A stretch of 64,000 nucleotides of DNA from an uncultured Pelagibacteraceae bacterium (GCA_902527415.1 CABZPD010000004.1:40-64039), one strand, 5' to 3'; shown: positions 25,775 through 36,243, counted from the first letter of the stretch. Translations and numbers: made by a program. Notes: generated by a model from the letters alone, not told the origin.

Positions 25775-26818
25775 TTATTCAAAAATTTTAGTAAAGTTTT
25801 TTCTTGTTCTATTTTTCCACTCACCCTTATGATAAGCATCACTTGCTATCAATGGTAAAACACTAGTTGCTTCTGCAAACACCATCTGTTCTTTTGTAAT
25901 ATCTACTTTTCCCCATGAACTTGCTTCTTTTAATGTGGAGCTACTACAAGCACCGTCTCTACTATCAGCAACAGTAATTTGAACAGCATATTTATGCATG
26001 TCTACATCTTTTCCTAATAGTTCAGCACAAATTACAGTATCTTGAATAAAGTTTTTAGGCACACCACCACCAATCATAAATAATCCAGAACCTTTAGATT
26101 TGATTTTAATTTCTGTTAGTTCTCTAAATTCTCTAACCGAGTCTATCGTCATATGTTTTTTTGGATTTTGTTCTTGATGCATAACTAACCCGAATCCTGC
26201 ACTTGAGTCGGTAAAAGCAGGGCAGAAGATAGGAACATTGTTGTCAAAAGCGGTTTCAATCAAAGAGTCTTTTTTCTTTGAGTTATTCTTTAAATATTTT
26301 CCCATTTCATAAATGAACTCTCTTGAAGTATAGCTTCTCGCTTCTAAGTTATTTGCGATTTCACATATGATTTTATCACACATTTGAAGCTCTTCTTCAT
26401 CTATATATGTATCGTAAATTCTATCTATATAGTTATTCCTCAGCTCAGTATCATCTTGAAATTGTGAACCTTGGTAATGTTTAAAACCAAGAGCTTCAAA
26501 AAAATCCATATCTACTATTGAGGCACCTGTTGCAACGATTGCATCTACCATATTATATTTAACTAAATCTTTATAAATATTCATGCATCCAGCTGCAGAA
26601 GTAGAGCCTGCTAAAGTAAGGAAAATTGTACAATCTTTATCTTTAAGCATTTCGTTATAAATATTAGCAGCATTTGCTGTTTCTCTAGAAACAAATGACA
26701 TTTTTTCCATTGAGGATATAATTTTTCTAGAGTCGAAAGAAGTTATATCGATATGCTCAACAGGATTTTTTAAGAAATCTCTTTTACTGTTATGACCTGG
26801 ATTTTTTTGACTCGACAT
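25775..26818 (-). CDS. Deoxyhypusine synthase-like protein (probable homospermidine biosynthesis)
   Basis: IGGGVPKNF, GACSSSTLKEASSWGK, PIFCPAFTDS. Confidence 0.9.
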   Translation of the reverse strand: MSSQKNPGHNSKRDFLKNPVEHIDITSFDSRKIISSMEKMSFVSRETANAANIYNEMLKDKDCTIFLTLAGSTSAAGCMNIYKDLVKYNMVDAIVATGASIVDMDFFEALGFKHYQGSQFQDDTELRNNYIDRIYDTYIDEEELQMCDKIICEIANNLEARSYTSREFIYEMGKYLKNNSKKKDSLIETAFDNNVPIFCPAFTDSSAGFGLVMHQEQNPKKHMTIDSVREFRELTEIKIKSKGSGLFMIGGGVPKNFIQDTVICAELLGKDVDMHKYAVQITVADSRDGACSSSTLKEASSWGKVDITKEQMVFAEATSVLPLIASDAYHKGEWKNRTRKNFTKIFE

Positions 26819-28002
26819 TAAGCTACCATGTTAGCTTTGTTAATGTCTTTATCATACATTGTCATTATTGGGTTATCTTCAACTTCATAAATTTCATTTG
26901 AGTAATAACCATTAAACTGAGTTCTAAATGTTAATCCGTATGCCCCAAGTTGACCAAGTTCAATATAATCATTTTCTTTAATATTATTTGGAAGCAAAAA
27001 AGGACCTTTCATATAATCCATGCTATCACATGTAGGTCCAAAGAAATCAAAAGCAGTTAATTTTTTTGAAATTATTTTATTTGAATTTTCTTTAATCATT
27101 CTAGATGGGAATACAATGTTTGGTGTACCAGCATCAAAAAGAGTGCCATAAGTACCATCATTAATATAAAGCTTTTGTTTTTTCCTTAAATTAACCCTTA
27201 CAATTGTTGAACCACTTTCTGCAACTATAGCTCTACCAGGCTCACAAATAATTTCAGGAAGTTTTTCAAGCTTTAAATTTTCTAAACTCTTATTTATTTC
27301 ATTAAAATAACTATCTAAAGATTGTGGAATTAAGTCAGGATAGATAGTAGGGAAACCTCCACCTACATTAATGTAATGTGGAATAATTTTTGTCTTTTTA
27401 ATTATATTTCCAATCTCACTAATTCCTTTTGAATAAGAAATTGGATGCATACATTGTGAACCAACATGAAAACTTAAACCAATCTTTTTGGCATGCTGTT
27501 TTACAAGTCTTAATAAACCTATTGCTTCAGATGTTAAAGCACCAAATTTTTTTGATAAATCAATTTCTGCATGTTCATTTGAAACAGCAACTCTTACAAA
27601 TAACTCTAAATCTTTAGCATTATTTGTACTTTCAATTATTTTAATCAATTCATCTTTAGTATCTAATGAAAAAGTTTTTACACCATAATTAAAATAGGCT
27701 TCTTTAATACTTTCTCTACTTTTAACAGTATGCATATAAGAGCATTTTGCTGTATTGCTAAAAGTTCTAATATTTTTAATTTCCTCAATTGAAGCAACAT
27801 CAAATTGCTCAACTCCACTTTCTATGATTGTTTTGATTACCTCAGGTTGCGGATTAGTTTTAACTGCATATAAAATTTTACCTGGAAATTTGTTTAGGAA
27901 AAATTTAACAGCAGATTTAATGGAATTCTTTCTAATACAGTAAACTGGTTTTTCAGGTTTCAGCCGATTAACTAATTCTTCAACTGATTTAAATTTTTGC
28001 AT
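26818..28002 (-). CDS. Alanine-racemase-fold PLP basic amino acid decarboxylase (ODC homolog; arginine or ornithine substrate)
   Basis: YAVKTN, SFHVGSQ, GGGF, EPGR, GPTCDSMD, GAY; start MQKFK at 28002 behind SD GGAGG. Confidence 0.9.
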   Translation of the reverse strand: MQKFKSVEELVNRLKPEKPVYCIRKNSIKSAVKFFLNKFPGKILYAVKTNPQPEVIKTIIESGVEQFDVASIEEIKNIRTFSNTAKCSYMHTVKSRESIKEAYFNYGVKTFSLDTKDELIKIIESTNNAKDLELFVRVAVSNEHAEIDLSKKFGALTSEAIGLLRLVKQHAKKIGLSFHVGSQCMHPISYSKGISEIGNIIKKTKIIPHYINVGGGFPTIYPDLIPQSLDSYFNEINKSLENLKLEKLPEIICEPGRAIVAESGSTIVRVNLRKKQKLYINDGTYGTLFDAGTPNIVFPSRMIKENSNKIISKKLTAFDFFGPTCDSMDYMKGPFLLPNNIKENDYIELGQLGAYGLTFRTQFNGYYSNEIYEVEDNPIMTMYDKDINKANMVA

Positions 28003-28169
28003 TTTAAATGCCTCCAAAAAAAATTTAATAAAAAAAAGTCTTTTTAAAAAAAACTTTAATATTTTTTGGCATATAAAGTAAACAGCACTAAAGTAAAGCA
28101 AATAATTCAAGCCAGAAATGCGTAAAATTCATATATTGTAATATCTTGCAAAGACCCCATATAAGGCTC

Positions 28170-28733
28170 ATGAAAGAAGAAGCAAAACTACAGAATCTCA
28201 GTGATTTTGAAAATAAGTCATTATTAATCGTGGATGACGATAATCCTTTCCGTGAGCGTTTAGCAAGAGCGATGGAAAAAAAAGGATTTGAGGTTTTTCA
28301 AGCTGAGAGTGTGCAAAAGGGAGTTGAATCTGTAAAAACTAAAAAACCTGGTTTTGCTGTTGTAGACTTAAGGCTTGCAGATGGTAATGGACTTGAGGTT
28401 GTAAAAGAAATTCAGGCTTCAAATAGTGATAGTAGGATCATCATGTTAACTGGTTATGGAAATATTCCGACAGCAGTAGCTGCAATCAAAGAAGGTGCTA
28501 TAGATTATTTAGCTAAACCTGCTGATGCAGAAGATGTAGAGAAAGCATTATTGGCAGATCCTTCAAAAAAAGCAGCCCCACCAGAAAACCCGATGTCGGC
28601 AGATAGAGTTAAATGGGAGCATATACATAGAGTTTTTGAGTTATGTAATAGGAATGTTTCAGAAACAGCCAGAAGGCTTAAAATGCACAGAAGAACTCTT
28701 CAAAGAATTCTTTCTAAAAGATCACCTAGATAA
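28170..28733 (+). CDS. regA: RegA/PrrA/ActR family redox response regulator
   Basis: LTGYGNIPTAV, WEHIHRVFELCNRNVSETARRLKMHRRTLQRIL. Confidence 0.95.
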   Translation: MKEEAKLQNLSDFENKSLLIVDDDNPFRERLARAMEKKGFEVFQAESVQKGVESVKTKKPGFAVVDLRLADGNGLEVVKEIQASNSDSRIIMLTGYGNIPTAVAAIKEGAIDYLAKPADAEDVEKALLADPSKKAAPPENPMSADRVKWEHIHRVFELCNRNVSETARRLKMHRRTLQRILSKRSPR

Positions 28734-29277
28734 ATTTTTTAATTTTAATTATTTGCTTAGTCAAAAGAGCTAGAAGCATAATTTTAAAAATCTCAGCTAA
28801 TAGAAACGGTTTTGCACCTAAAGCAAAAATTGGCTTATCCCATCCAATCAATGTTCCAAGCCAAATTAGACCCAAAATATAGATTGTTGAAGTTGCAATA
28901 ATTAGTTTAAATAAAACAACGAAAAAATTATCATCAATCTTAATTTTGGAAGCTAAGTAACAAGCTGTTAAAAAACCAATTAAGTAACCCATAGTTGGTC
29001 CTGTAAAGTAAACCAATCCAACACCTTTTTCAGGTGAATTTGAAAATACAGGAAGACCTGCAATTCCTTCAATTAAATACAGACCAATTGTAGCTAGTGC
29101 AATTTTATGTCCTAAACTTATTCCTAAAAACAATACAACAAATGTTTGCATAGTCATAGGAACCGGATAGAAAGGAATTTTGATCTTTGCTGATATAGTT
29201 AGTGCTATTGAACCAAGAACAACAACAACCAGAGATTTAAATAGTTTAGCTTGCGTGAGATTTTTTGTTAATTCCAT
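28726..29277 (-). CDS. bioY: Biotin transporter BioY
   Basis: PVPMTMQTF, GLPVF, GPTMGYLIGF. Confidence 0.92.
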   Translation of the reverse strand: MELTKNLTQAKLFKSLVVVVLGSIALTISAKIKIPFYPVPMTMQTFVVLFLGISLGHKIALATIGLYLIEGIAGLPVFSNSPEKGVGLVYFTGPTMGYLIGFLTACYLASKIKIDDNFFVVLFKLIIATSTIYILGLIWLGTLIGWDKPIFALGAKPFLLAEIFKIMLLALLTKQIIKIKKFI

Positions 29278-29391
29278 TGTTAAATAATACTCAAAATATA
29301 AAAAATAATCTACTTATAATTGTTATGATAATTGAAATTAAATTTTTTTATATACAGAATATATTATCATTATAATATTAAATATTACCTC

Positions 29392-32166
29392 ATGGATAAA
29401 ATTCAAAAAACAGATCATTTTTATTTGATTGATGGCTCTGGTTATATTTTTAGAGCTTATTATGCTTTGCCTCCATTGACTAGAAAAAGTGATGGACTTC
29501 CAACTGGTGCTGTAAGTGGTTTTTGCAGTATGTTATTTAAATTATTAGAGGACTCAAAATCTGATCAAAACTTGCAAAAACCAACACATTTTGCAGTAAT
29601 ATTCGACTCAGCAAGAAAAACTTTCAGAAATGAAATTTATAGTGATTACAAAGCTAATAGATCAGAGGCGCCAGATGATTTGGCTCCTCAATTTGAGTAT
29701 ATAAGAAAATCAGTCTTAGCATTCAATTTACCATCTGTGGATCTTCCTAATTATGAAGCAGATGATTTAATAGCCACATATGTTGATCAAATCCTTAAAA
29801 AAGGTGCAAAGGTTACAATTGTCTCATCAGATAAAGATTTAATGCAGCTTTACAAAAAAGGGGTTCGAATTTTTGACCCCATGAAAAACAAATTTATAAC
29901 TGAAGATGATGTCTTAAAAAAATTTGGAGTAGATTCCTCAAAAGTTATTGATGTGCAATCTTTAGCAGGAGACAGTAGCGATAATGTCCCTGGTGTTCCA
30001 GGGATAGGTGTTAAGACAGCTGCAGAGCTAATTAATAAATATGGCACTTTAGAAAATTTACTAAAATCTGCTAATGAAATTAAACAAAATAAAAGAAGAG
30101 AAACATTAATAGAGAACAAGGATAAAGCATTAATAAGTAAAAAACTTGTAACACTAGATCACAACTCTCCTGTTAATAGAGAGTTAAGTGAATTTAAATT
30201 ACAAAATATAGATAAAGATAAATTATATAAATTTTTAAGAGAAATGGAATTTAACAGGTTGTTAAGCTCTGCAATTTCTGCTTATGGAGAACCTGAACTA
30301 AAAGGTAATAAGATTGAAACTCAAAATCTAGATACACAACAAACGATAAATAACAAAAATTATTATTTAATTAATAGTTTAGATGAAATTGATAAATGGA
30401 TAGAGGAGGCAGAAGAAGTTGGTGAAGTTGCTGTAGATACGGAAACTACATCATTAGATCCACACCAAGCTGATTTAGTGGGCATTTCTCTTTGCTCTAA
30501 AGTTGGGAGAGCATGTTACATACCAGTTGGTCACAAGTCACCAAAGTGTCTTAAAAAAGACGCAGTAATTAAAAAATTAAAAAAAATATTAGAAGATCCT
30601 AGTATAAAAAAAATAGGTCAAAATATAAAATTTGATTTTATCGTATTTTATAAGTGTGGAATAACGCTTTCATCAATGGAAGATACGATGCTGATGTCTT
30701 ATGTCTTAGATGCAGGAAAAAATAGACATAATATGGATACTTTATCAGAAATTCATTTAGGACATAAAACTATTTCTTTTAAAGACATGGTAGGTACAGG
30801 CAAGAAAGAAATTAATTTTAGCGAAGTAGAATTAGATAAAGCAAAAGATTACGCTGCTGAAGATGCTGATGTTACTTTTAGATTGTACAAGAAATTTATC
30901 AAAAATTTAAAATCAGAAAAAATGATAAATATTTATGAAATTTTTGAAAAGCCATTAATTAAAATTCTTGCATTTATGGAAATAGAGGGAGTTGAAATTG
31001 ATAGTAAGTTTTTAAAATCTCTATCATCTAAATTTGAAAAAAAAATCCAAAAACTTGAAAAAGAAGTCTTTAAAATTTCTAAAAAAGAATTCAATATTGC
31101 ATCCCCAAAGCAATTAGGCGAAATAATTTATAATGACTTGAAAATAGCTGGCTTGAAGAAAACTAAAAAAGGAAGTTTTGCAACAAGTGCAAGTGTTTTA
31201 GAGGATTTAGCTTTTAAAGGTCATGAGTTTCCAAAATTAATTTTAGACTGGAGACAAGTTTCAAAATTAAAAAACACTTATTCAGATGCTTTACCTGAAC
31301 ATTTAAACCCAAATACAAAAAGAGTTCATACTTCGTTTTTGCTGGCTGCAACAACTACAGGAAGACTAGCATCTAGTGATCCCAACTTACAAAACATACC
31401 AATTAAATCAGAAGATGGAAAAGATATAAGAAAAGCTTTTAAAGCAAAAAAAGATCATTTATTTATTTCTGCAGATTATAATCAAATTGAGATGAGAATC
31501 TTGGCAGATCTAGCAGATGTAAAAGAACTAAAAAAAGCTTTTAAAAATAAAGAAGATATTCACTCTTTAACAGCTAGCCAAATTTTTAATATTGATATTA
31601 AAAAAGTTAATCAAGATCAAAGACGAAAGGCTAAGGCTATTAATTTTGGAATTATTTATGGAATTTCGCAATATGGATTAGCTAAGCAAATAAATGTTTC
31701 TAATTTTGAAGCAGAGGAATTTTTGAATTCGTATTTTGCTAAATTTCCAGAAATTAAAGTTTATATGGATAATACAATTAAATTTTGTAGGAAAAGTGGA
31801 TTTGTAAATAATATTTTTGGAAGAAGATCTCACTTTAATGGAATAAATGACAAAAACTTTAATGTAAGAAATTTTCAAGAACGTGCTGCAATTAATGCTC
31901 CCATTCAAGGTTCTGCTTCAGAAGTAATGAGATTAGCTATGATAAGATTGGATAAAAAATTATCAGAGGAAAAAAATTCTAATTCAAAAATGATCTTACA
32001 AATTCATGATGAATTAATTTTTGAAATTCCAAAAAAAGATGAAAAAGTAATGATTAAATTAATTGAGAAAGAAATGACCAGTGTAGCTCAGAGTGATTAT
32101 CATTCTTTTTCAACTCCTTTAACGGTTGATATTAATGTTGGAGATAATTGGGGTATGTTACATTAA
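29392..32166 (+). CDS. polA: DNA polymerase I
   Basis: LIDGS 5'-3' exonuclease, DTETT proofreading motif, ADYNQIE, KAINFGIIYG, QIHDE; start MDKIQK. Confidence 0.98.
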   Translation: MDKIQKTDHFYLIDGSGYIFRAYYALPPLTRKSDGLPTGAVSGFCSMLFKLLEDSKSDQNLQKPTHFAVIFDSARKTFRNEIYSDYKANRSEAPDDLAPQFEYIRKSVLAFNLPSVDLPNYEADDLIATYVDQILKKGAKVTIVSSDKDLMQLYKKGVRIFDPMKNKFITEDDVLKKFGVDSSKVIDVQSLAGDSSDNVPGVPGIGVKTAAELINKYGTLENLLKSANEIKQNKRRETLIENKDKALISKKLVTLDHNSPVNRELSEFKLQNIDKDKLYKFLREMEFNRLLSSAISAYGEPELKGNKIETQNLDTQQTINNKNYYLINSLDEIDKWIEEAEEVGEVAVDTETTSLDPHQADLVGISLCSKVGRACYIPVGHKSPKCLKKDAVIKKLKKILEDPSIKKIGQNIKFDFIVFYKCGITLSSMEDTMLMSYVLDAGKNRHNMDTLSEIHLGHKTISFKDMVGTGKKEINFSEVELDKAKDYAAEDADVTFRLYKKFIKNLKSEKMINIYEIFEKPLIKILAFMEIEGVEIDSKFLKSLSSKFEKKIQKLEKEVFKISKKEFNIASPKQLGEIIYNDLKIAGLKKTKKGSFATSASVLEDLAFKGHEFPKLILDWRQVSKLKNTYSDALPEHLNPNTKRVHTSFLLAATTTGRLASSDPNLQNIPIKSEDGKDIRKAFKAKKDHLFISADYNQIEMRILADLADVKELKKAFKNKEDIHSLTASQIFNIDIKKVNQDQRRKAKAINFGIIYGISQYGLAKQINVSNFEAEEFLNSYFAKFPEIKVYMDNTIKFCRKSGFVNNIFGRRSHFNGINDKNFNVRNFQERAAINAPIQGSASEVMRLAMIRLDKKLSEEKNSNSKMILQIHDELIFEIPKKDEKVMIKLIEKEMTSVAQSDYHSFSTPLTVDINVGDNWGMLH

Positions 32167-32216
32167 ATTTATAACATTGCCCAAATTAGGACAATTTAGT
32201 ATTTTTAAAATACTTT

Positions 32217-32924
32217 ATGCAAAAACAAACAATAGCCTTGATAGATGATGATAGAAATATTTTAACAAGTTTAAGCATCGCACTAGAAAAAGAGGGTTTT
32301 AAAGTTCAAACATACATTGATGGTGAAAGTGCATTAATCGGTTTAACCAGAATGCCACCTGACTTAGCAGTCATAGATATAAAAATGCCAAAGATGGATG
32401 GAGAAGAATTACTTAAAAAACTTCGAAAAAAAACTTCATTACCAGTAATTTTTTTAACATCTAAAGATGATGAAATTGATGAGTTATTAGGTCTAAAGCT
32501 GGGTGCAGATGATTTTGTAAAAAAATCAGGAGGTTTTTCTATAAAAGTTTTGATTGAAAGAATTAGAGTGCAGTTAAGAAAAAAAGATTCAAATAATATT
32601 CTAGAGGAAAATAAAAGCCTGATATCTCATGGAAGATTAAAATTAGATCCATCACAACTCGAGTGTGAATGGAATGGAAAACAGCTGCCTGATAAATTGA
32701 CAACAACTGAGTTTTTAATTGTTAAAGAGTTAGCAAAGAGGCCTGGTATAATTAAAGAAAGAGCTCAGCTTATGGATATAGCTTACCGAGAAGATACAGA
32801 TATTGAGGATAGAACTATTGATAGTCACGTAAAACGAATTAGAAAAAAATTTAAAAAAGTAGATCCTGATTTTTCAGCTATTGAAACTAGGTATGGTAGT
32901 GGATATAGATGGAATGTTAGCTAA
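32217..32924 (+). CDS. chvI: OmpR-family response regulator ChvI
   Basis: IALIDDDRNILTSLSIALE, DIKMPKMDG, DRTIDSHVKRIRKKF. Confidence 0.92.
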   Translation: MQKQTIALIDDDRNILTSLSIALEKEGFKVQTYIDGESALIGLTRMPPDLAVIDIKMPKMDGEELLKKLRKKTSLPVIFLTSKDDEIDELLGLKLGADDFVKKSGGFSIKVLIERIRVQLRKKDSNNILEENKSLISHGRLKLDPSQLECEWNGKQLPDKLTTTEFLIVKELAKRPGIIKERAQLMDIAYREDTDIEDRTIDSHVKRIRKKFKKVDPDFSAIETRYGSGYRWNVS

Positions 32925-34465
32925 TGTTTAGTAAATACTTAAAAACTCTTTCTATATTAAAAAAATTTTTATTTATAAATTTTGTAATTTTTACAATTAT
33001 TGGACTATTTACATTCATATATCTAAACAATATTCAGCCAAGTTTAATAAAAAAAAAATCTCAAAACCACACAAACATTATTAATAACACTATTGATAAT
33101 ATTATAAGGCTAGATGTTAAATTCCAATCAGACGATATTAGAAGATTTTTATTTTCTACAAGGTTTATTTTTCAGAATTTAGATAGAGTAATTTTTTTTG
33201 ATGATCAACTTAACCTTATTGGAGACACTGATACGTTAGATCTTGATCCAAGATCATTTTCTACAAGACTTGATAAAATTGAATTTGAAAGTTTGGATAA
33301 TGAGGAAATAGAAAAAACTATTGAGGAAAAAAATATTAATATTGATGAAAAAAAACCTGTTTCATTTAAAGATATTTTAAAAAATTATTCTAGTTCTGAA
33401 AATTTAGGAGCTCCTTACACATTTACGCAAGAGGATTTTAACCAATTTAATGTAACAACAATTAAGAATGTTACAAAGAATGAAATTAATCTTGGTTATG
33501 TGGCTATTACAGAAAATGCTAATGAAATAAAGACAGCGATAGATGAGAGAAAAGCATTCGTAATAAGAACAGCTATATCTGTAGGATTTGTAATATTAAT
33601 TTTTTCTTTTGTTTTAAGCAGATATTTTATTAAACCAATACAAAATCTTGTTGGATATACAATTCGTATCAAAGAAAAAAGTCAAGTTAAAACAGGTATT
33701 GAAAATTTAAAAAAAAGAAATGACGAATTAGGACTTTTATCTAATTCTTTAGAGGATATGACAAATGAGCTTCAAAATAGAGTTACACATGCAGAAAACT
33801 TTTCGACAGATTTAGTTCATGAAATTAGAAATCCATTAGCATCTTTAAAAAGTGCATCAGAAATTTTACAAGATACAAATGATACCGAACAAAGAAATAG
33901 ATTATTGAATATACTTAGCCATGACGTTCAAAGAATAGAAAGATTAATTACTGATTATTCCCAAATGTTAAAGGATGAAGTTGCTTTAAGTAAGGAAAAA
34001 ATGAAAAAAATTGATATTGAACCAATCATTCAATCTGTTGTTGATGATTATAACAATATTCATCAAGTGAAAAAAGGAATTAAAATTGAATATAAAAATG
34101 ATGGGAAAAAACAATATTATATAAATGGAATAGAAAATAGAATTGAACAAATTATTGCAAATTTATTAGACAATTCAATATCATTTAGTAAAGATGGTGC
34201 TAATGTTTTTGTTGATGTTTCAGTTAATGGAAAAAATCAAATATCAATCAAAATTATTGATGAGGGACAAGGATTTAAAGAAAAAGATACATCAAGAATA
34301 TTTAAAAGATTTTATAGTAATAGACCTGAAAAATTTGGAGAACACTCAGGCCTAGGTTTAAATATAGTAAAAAACCTAGTTGAACTCCACGATGGTGAAA
34401 TTTTAGCATCTAATCGTATTGATAAAGAAGGAGCAATGATAGAGATAAGATTTCCCAATATTTAA
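32924..34465 (+). CDS. chvG: Sensor histidine kinase ChvG
   Basis: Two TM segments, HAMP, HEIRNPL H-box, FYSNRPEKFGEHSGLGL; coupled to chvI. Confidence 0.88.
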   Translation: MFSKYLKTLSILKKFLFINFVIFTIIGLFTFIYLNNIQPSLIKKKSQNHTNIINNTIDNIIRLDVKFQSDDIRRFLFSTRFIFQNLDRVIFFDDQLNLIGDTDTLDLDPRSFSTRLDKIEFESLDNEEIEKTIEEKNINIDEKKPVSFKDILKNYSSSENLGAPYTFTQEDFNQFNVTTIKNVTKNEINLGYVAITENANEIKTAIDERKAFVIRTAISVGFVILIFSFVLSRYFIKPIQNLVGYTIRIKEKSQVKTGIENLKKRNDELGLLSNSLEDMTNELQNRVTHAENFSTDLVHEIRNPLASLKSASEILQDTNDTEQRNRLLNILSHDVQRIERLITDYSQMLKDEVALSKEKMKKIDIEPIIQSVVDDYNNIHQVKKGIKIEYKNDGKKQYYINGIENRIEQIIANLLDNSISFSKDGANVFVDVSVNGKNQISIKIIDEGQGFKEKDTSRIFKRFYSNRPEKFGEHSGLGLNIVKNLVELHDGEILASNRIDKEGAMIEIRFPNI

Positions 34466-34507
34466 TCATCTCTTGATAAATAAATACTTAGCTGTATAAA
34501 GCTTTTC

Positions 34508-35794
34508 ATGGAAGATTATAAAATAAAAGACATCGCTCAAGCTGAATTTGGTAGAAAAGAAATATCAATAGCTGAAAGTGAAATGCCTGGTTTAATGGCT
34601 TTAAGAGAAGAGTATTCTAAAGATAAACCATTAAAGGGTGCAAGGATTATAGGATGTCTTCATATGACAATTCAAACTGCAGTACTAATCGAAACCTTAG
34701 TTGCATTAGGCGCTGAAGTTCGTTGGTCTTCATGTAATATTTTCTCAACTCAAGATCATGCAGCTGCTGCAATTGCAAAGGCCGGGATCCCTGTTTATGC
34801 CTGGAAAGGTGAAACAGAAGAGGAATATTTATGGTGCATTAAACAAACTATAGTTGGAAAACCTGACTGGAAACCTAACATGTTATTAGATGACGGTGGT
34901 GATTTAACAGCTATCATGCACAATGAATATCAGGATTTAATGAAAGATATTAAGGGTGTTTCAGAAGAAACTACCACTGGAATTAAAGCACTTAATAAAA
35001 TGGAAAAAGATAAATCTCTTTTAGTTCCAGCAATAAACGTGAATGACTCTGTCACAAAATCAAAATTTGATAATTTATATGGATGTAGAGAAAGTTTAGT
35101 AGACGGGATAAGAAGAGCTACTGATGTGATGATGTCTGGAAAAATTGCTATTGTTGCTGGTTTTGGAGACGTTGGAAAAGGAAGTGCTGCATCTTTAAGA
35201 CAAAGTGGAGCTAGAGTTTTAGTTACAGAAGCAGATCCAATTTGCGCTCTCCAAGCTGCAATGGAAGGTTATGAAGTGGTATTAATGGAGGAGGCTATAA
35301 GTAGAGCTGATATTGTTGTAACAGCAACAGGTAACAAAGACATTGTTACTGCAGATCATATGAGAGATATGAAGGATAGGGCAATTTTATGTAATATTGG
35401 TCACTTTGACAATGAAATACAAGTTGAAGCTCTTAGAAATTATAAGTGGACTGAAGTAAAACCTCAAGTGCATGAAATAGAGCTGCCAAGTGGTAAAAGA
35501 ATTATCCTTTTAGCTGAAGGAAGGCTAGTTAATCTAGGTTGTGCAACAGGACATCCAAGTTTTGTAATGAGTGCATCATTTACCAATCAAGTAATTGCTC
35601 AAATAGAACTATGGCATAATCATAAAAATTATGAGAATAAAGTTTACGTACTTCCAAAACATTTAGATGAAAAAGTAGCAACTCTGCATTTAAAAAAGGT
35701 TGGGGCAAAACTAACAAAATTATCAAAAGAACAAGCAGATTATATAAGCGTTGGAACAGAAGGTCCTTTCAAACCAGATGCCTATCGCTATTAA
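34508..35794 (+). CDS. ahcY: Adenosylhomocysteinase
   Basis: [42 protein letters not shown], terminal YRY. Confidence 0.98.
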   Translation: MEDYKIKDIAQAEFGRKEISIAESEMPGLMALREEYSKDKPLKGARIIGCLHMTIQTAVLIETLVALGAEVRWSSCNIFSTQDHAAAAIAKAGIPVYAWKGETEEEYLWCIKQTIVGKPDWKPNMLLDDGGDLTAIMHNEYQDLMKDIKGVSEETTTGIKALNKMEKDKSLLVPAINVNDSVTKSKFDNLYGCRESLVDGIRRATDVMMSGKIAIVAGFGDVGKGSAASLRQSGARVLVTEADPICALQAAMEGYEVVLMEEAISRADIVVTATGNKDIVTADHMRDMKDRAILCNIGHFDNEIQVEALRNYKWTEVKPQVHEIELPSGKRIILLAEGRLVNLGCATGHPSFVMSASFTNQVIAQIELWHNHKNYENKVYVLPKHLDEKVATLHLKKVGAKLTKLSKEQADYISVGTEGPFKPDAYRY

Positions 35795-36227
35795 AGATAG
35801 CACAATCGATATCACTTCTGAGAAGTTAACTAAAGAATTAGCTAAAAAATTTACAAAATTTCTTAAAGGTGGTGAGTTTGTTTTTTTATATGGAGAGATG
35901 GGCGTTGGTAAAACTACCTTTGTTAAATATTGTATAAATGAGTTTCAAAAAATAAATAATTTAACACCAACAGAAATTACAAGCCCTACTTTTAGTTTAT
36001 TAAACGAGTATCAGGTGAAAGATATAAGAATAAAACATTATGATTTATTTAGAATTAATAGGAAAGAAGATATCAATAATTTAGATATTTTCGAGAAAGA
36101 TAATAAATTAATAACGCTTATAGAATGGCCACAATTGATTGCTGATAAACAAGATATAAAGTTTATAACTTTAACATTTAATTATTTAAATCAATTAAAT
36201 GATAGAACTGTAGATATAAAAGTTTAA
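35778..36227 (+). CDS. tsaE: tRNA threonylcarbamoyladenosine biosynthesis ATPase
   Basis: [25 protein letters not shown]. Confidence 0.93.
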   Translation: MPIAIKDSTIDITSEKLTKELAKKFTKFLKGGEFVFLYGEMGVGKTTFVKYCINEFQKINNLTPTEITSPTFSLLNEYQVKDIRIKHYDLFRINRKEDINNLDIFEKDNKLITLIEWPQLIADKQDIKFITLTFNYLNQLNDRTVDIKV

Positions 36228-36243
36228 ATTAAGACTTATTTTG

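Noticed and set aside
28088-28132. Second minus-strand mini-ORF MNFTHFWLELFALL upstream of the decarboxylase
   Set aside because: Probably overlaps the promoter region itself, has no SD, and such ORFs arise easily by chance
23933-29391. Long N-terminal extensions in the ORF track for rpmB, the decarboxylase, regA and polA (also ctpA, ampG, tsaE)
   Set aside because: Artefacts of taking the first possible start; downstream ATGs match family N-termini, SD or promoter positions
34466-34507. SAH or SAM riboswitch before ahcY
   Set aside because: The 42-nt spacer is filled by promoter elements and has no structure-forming sequence
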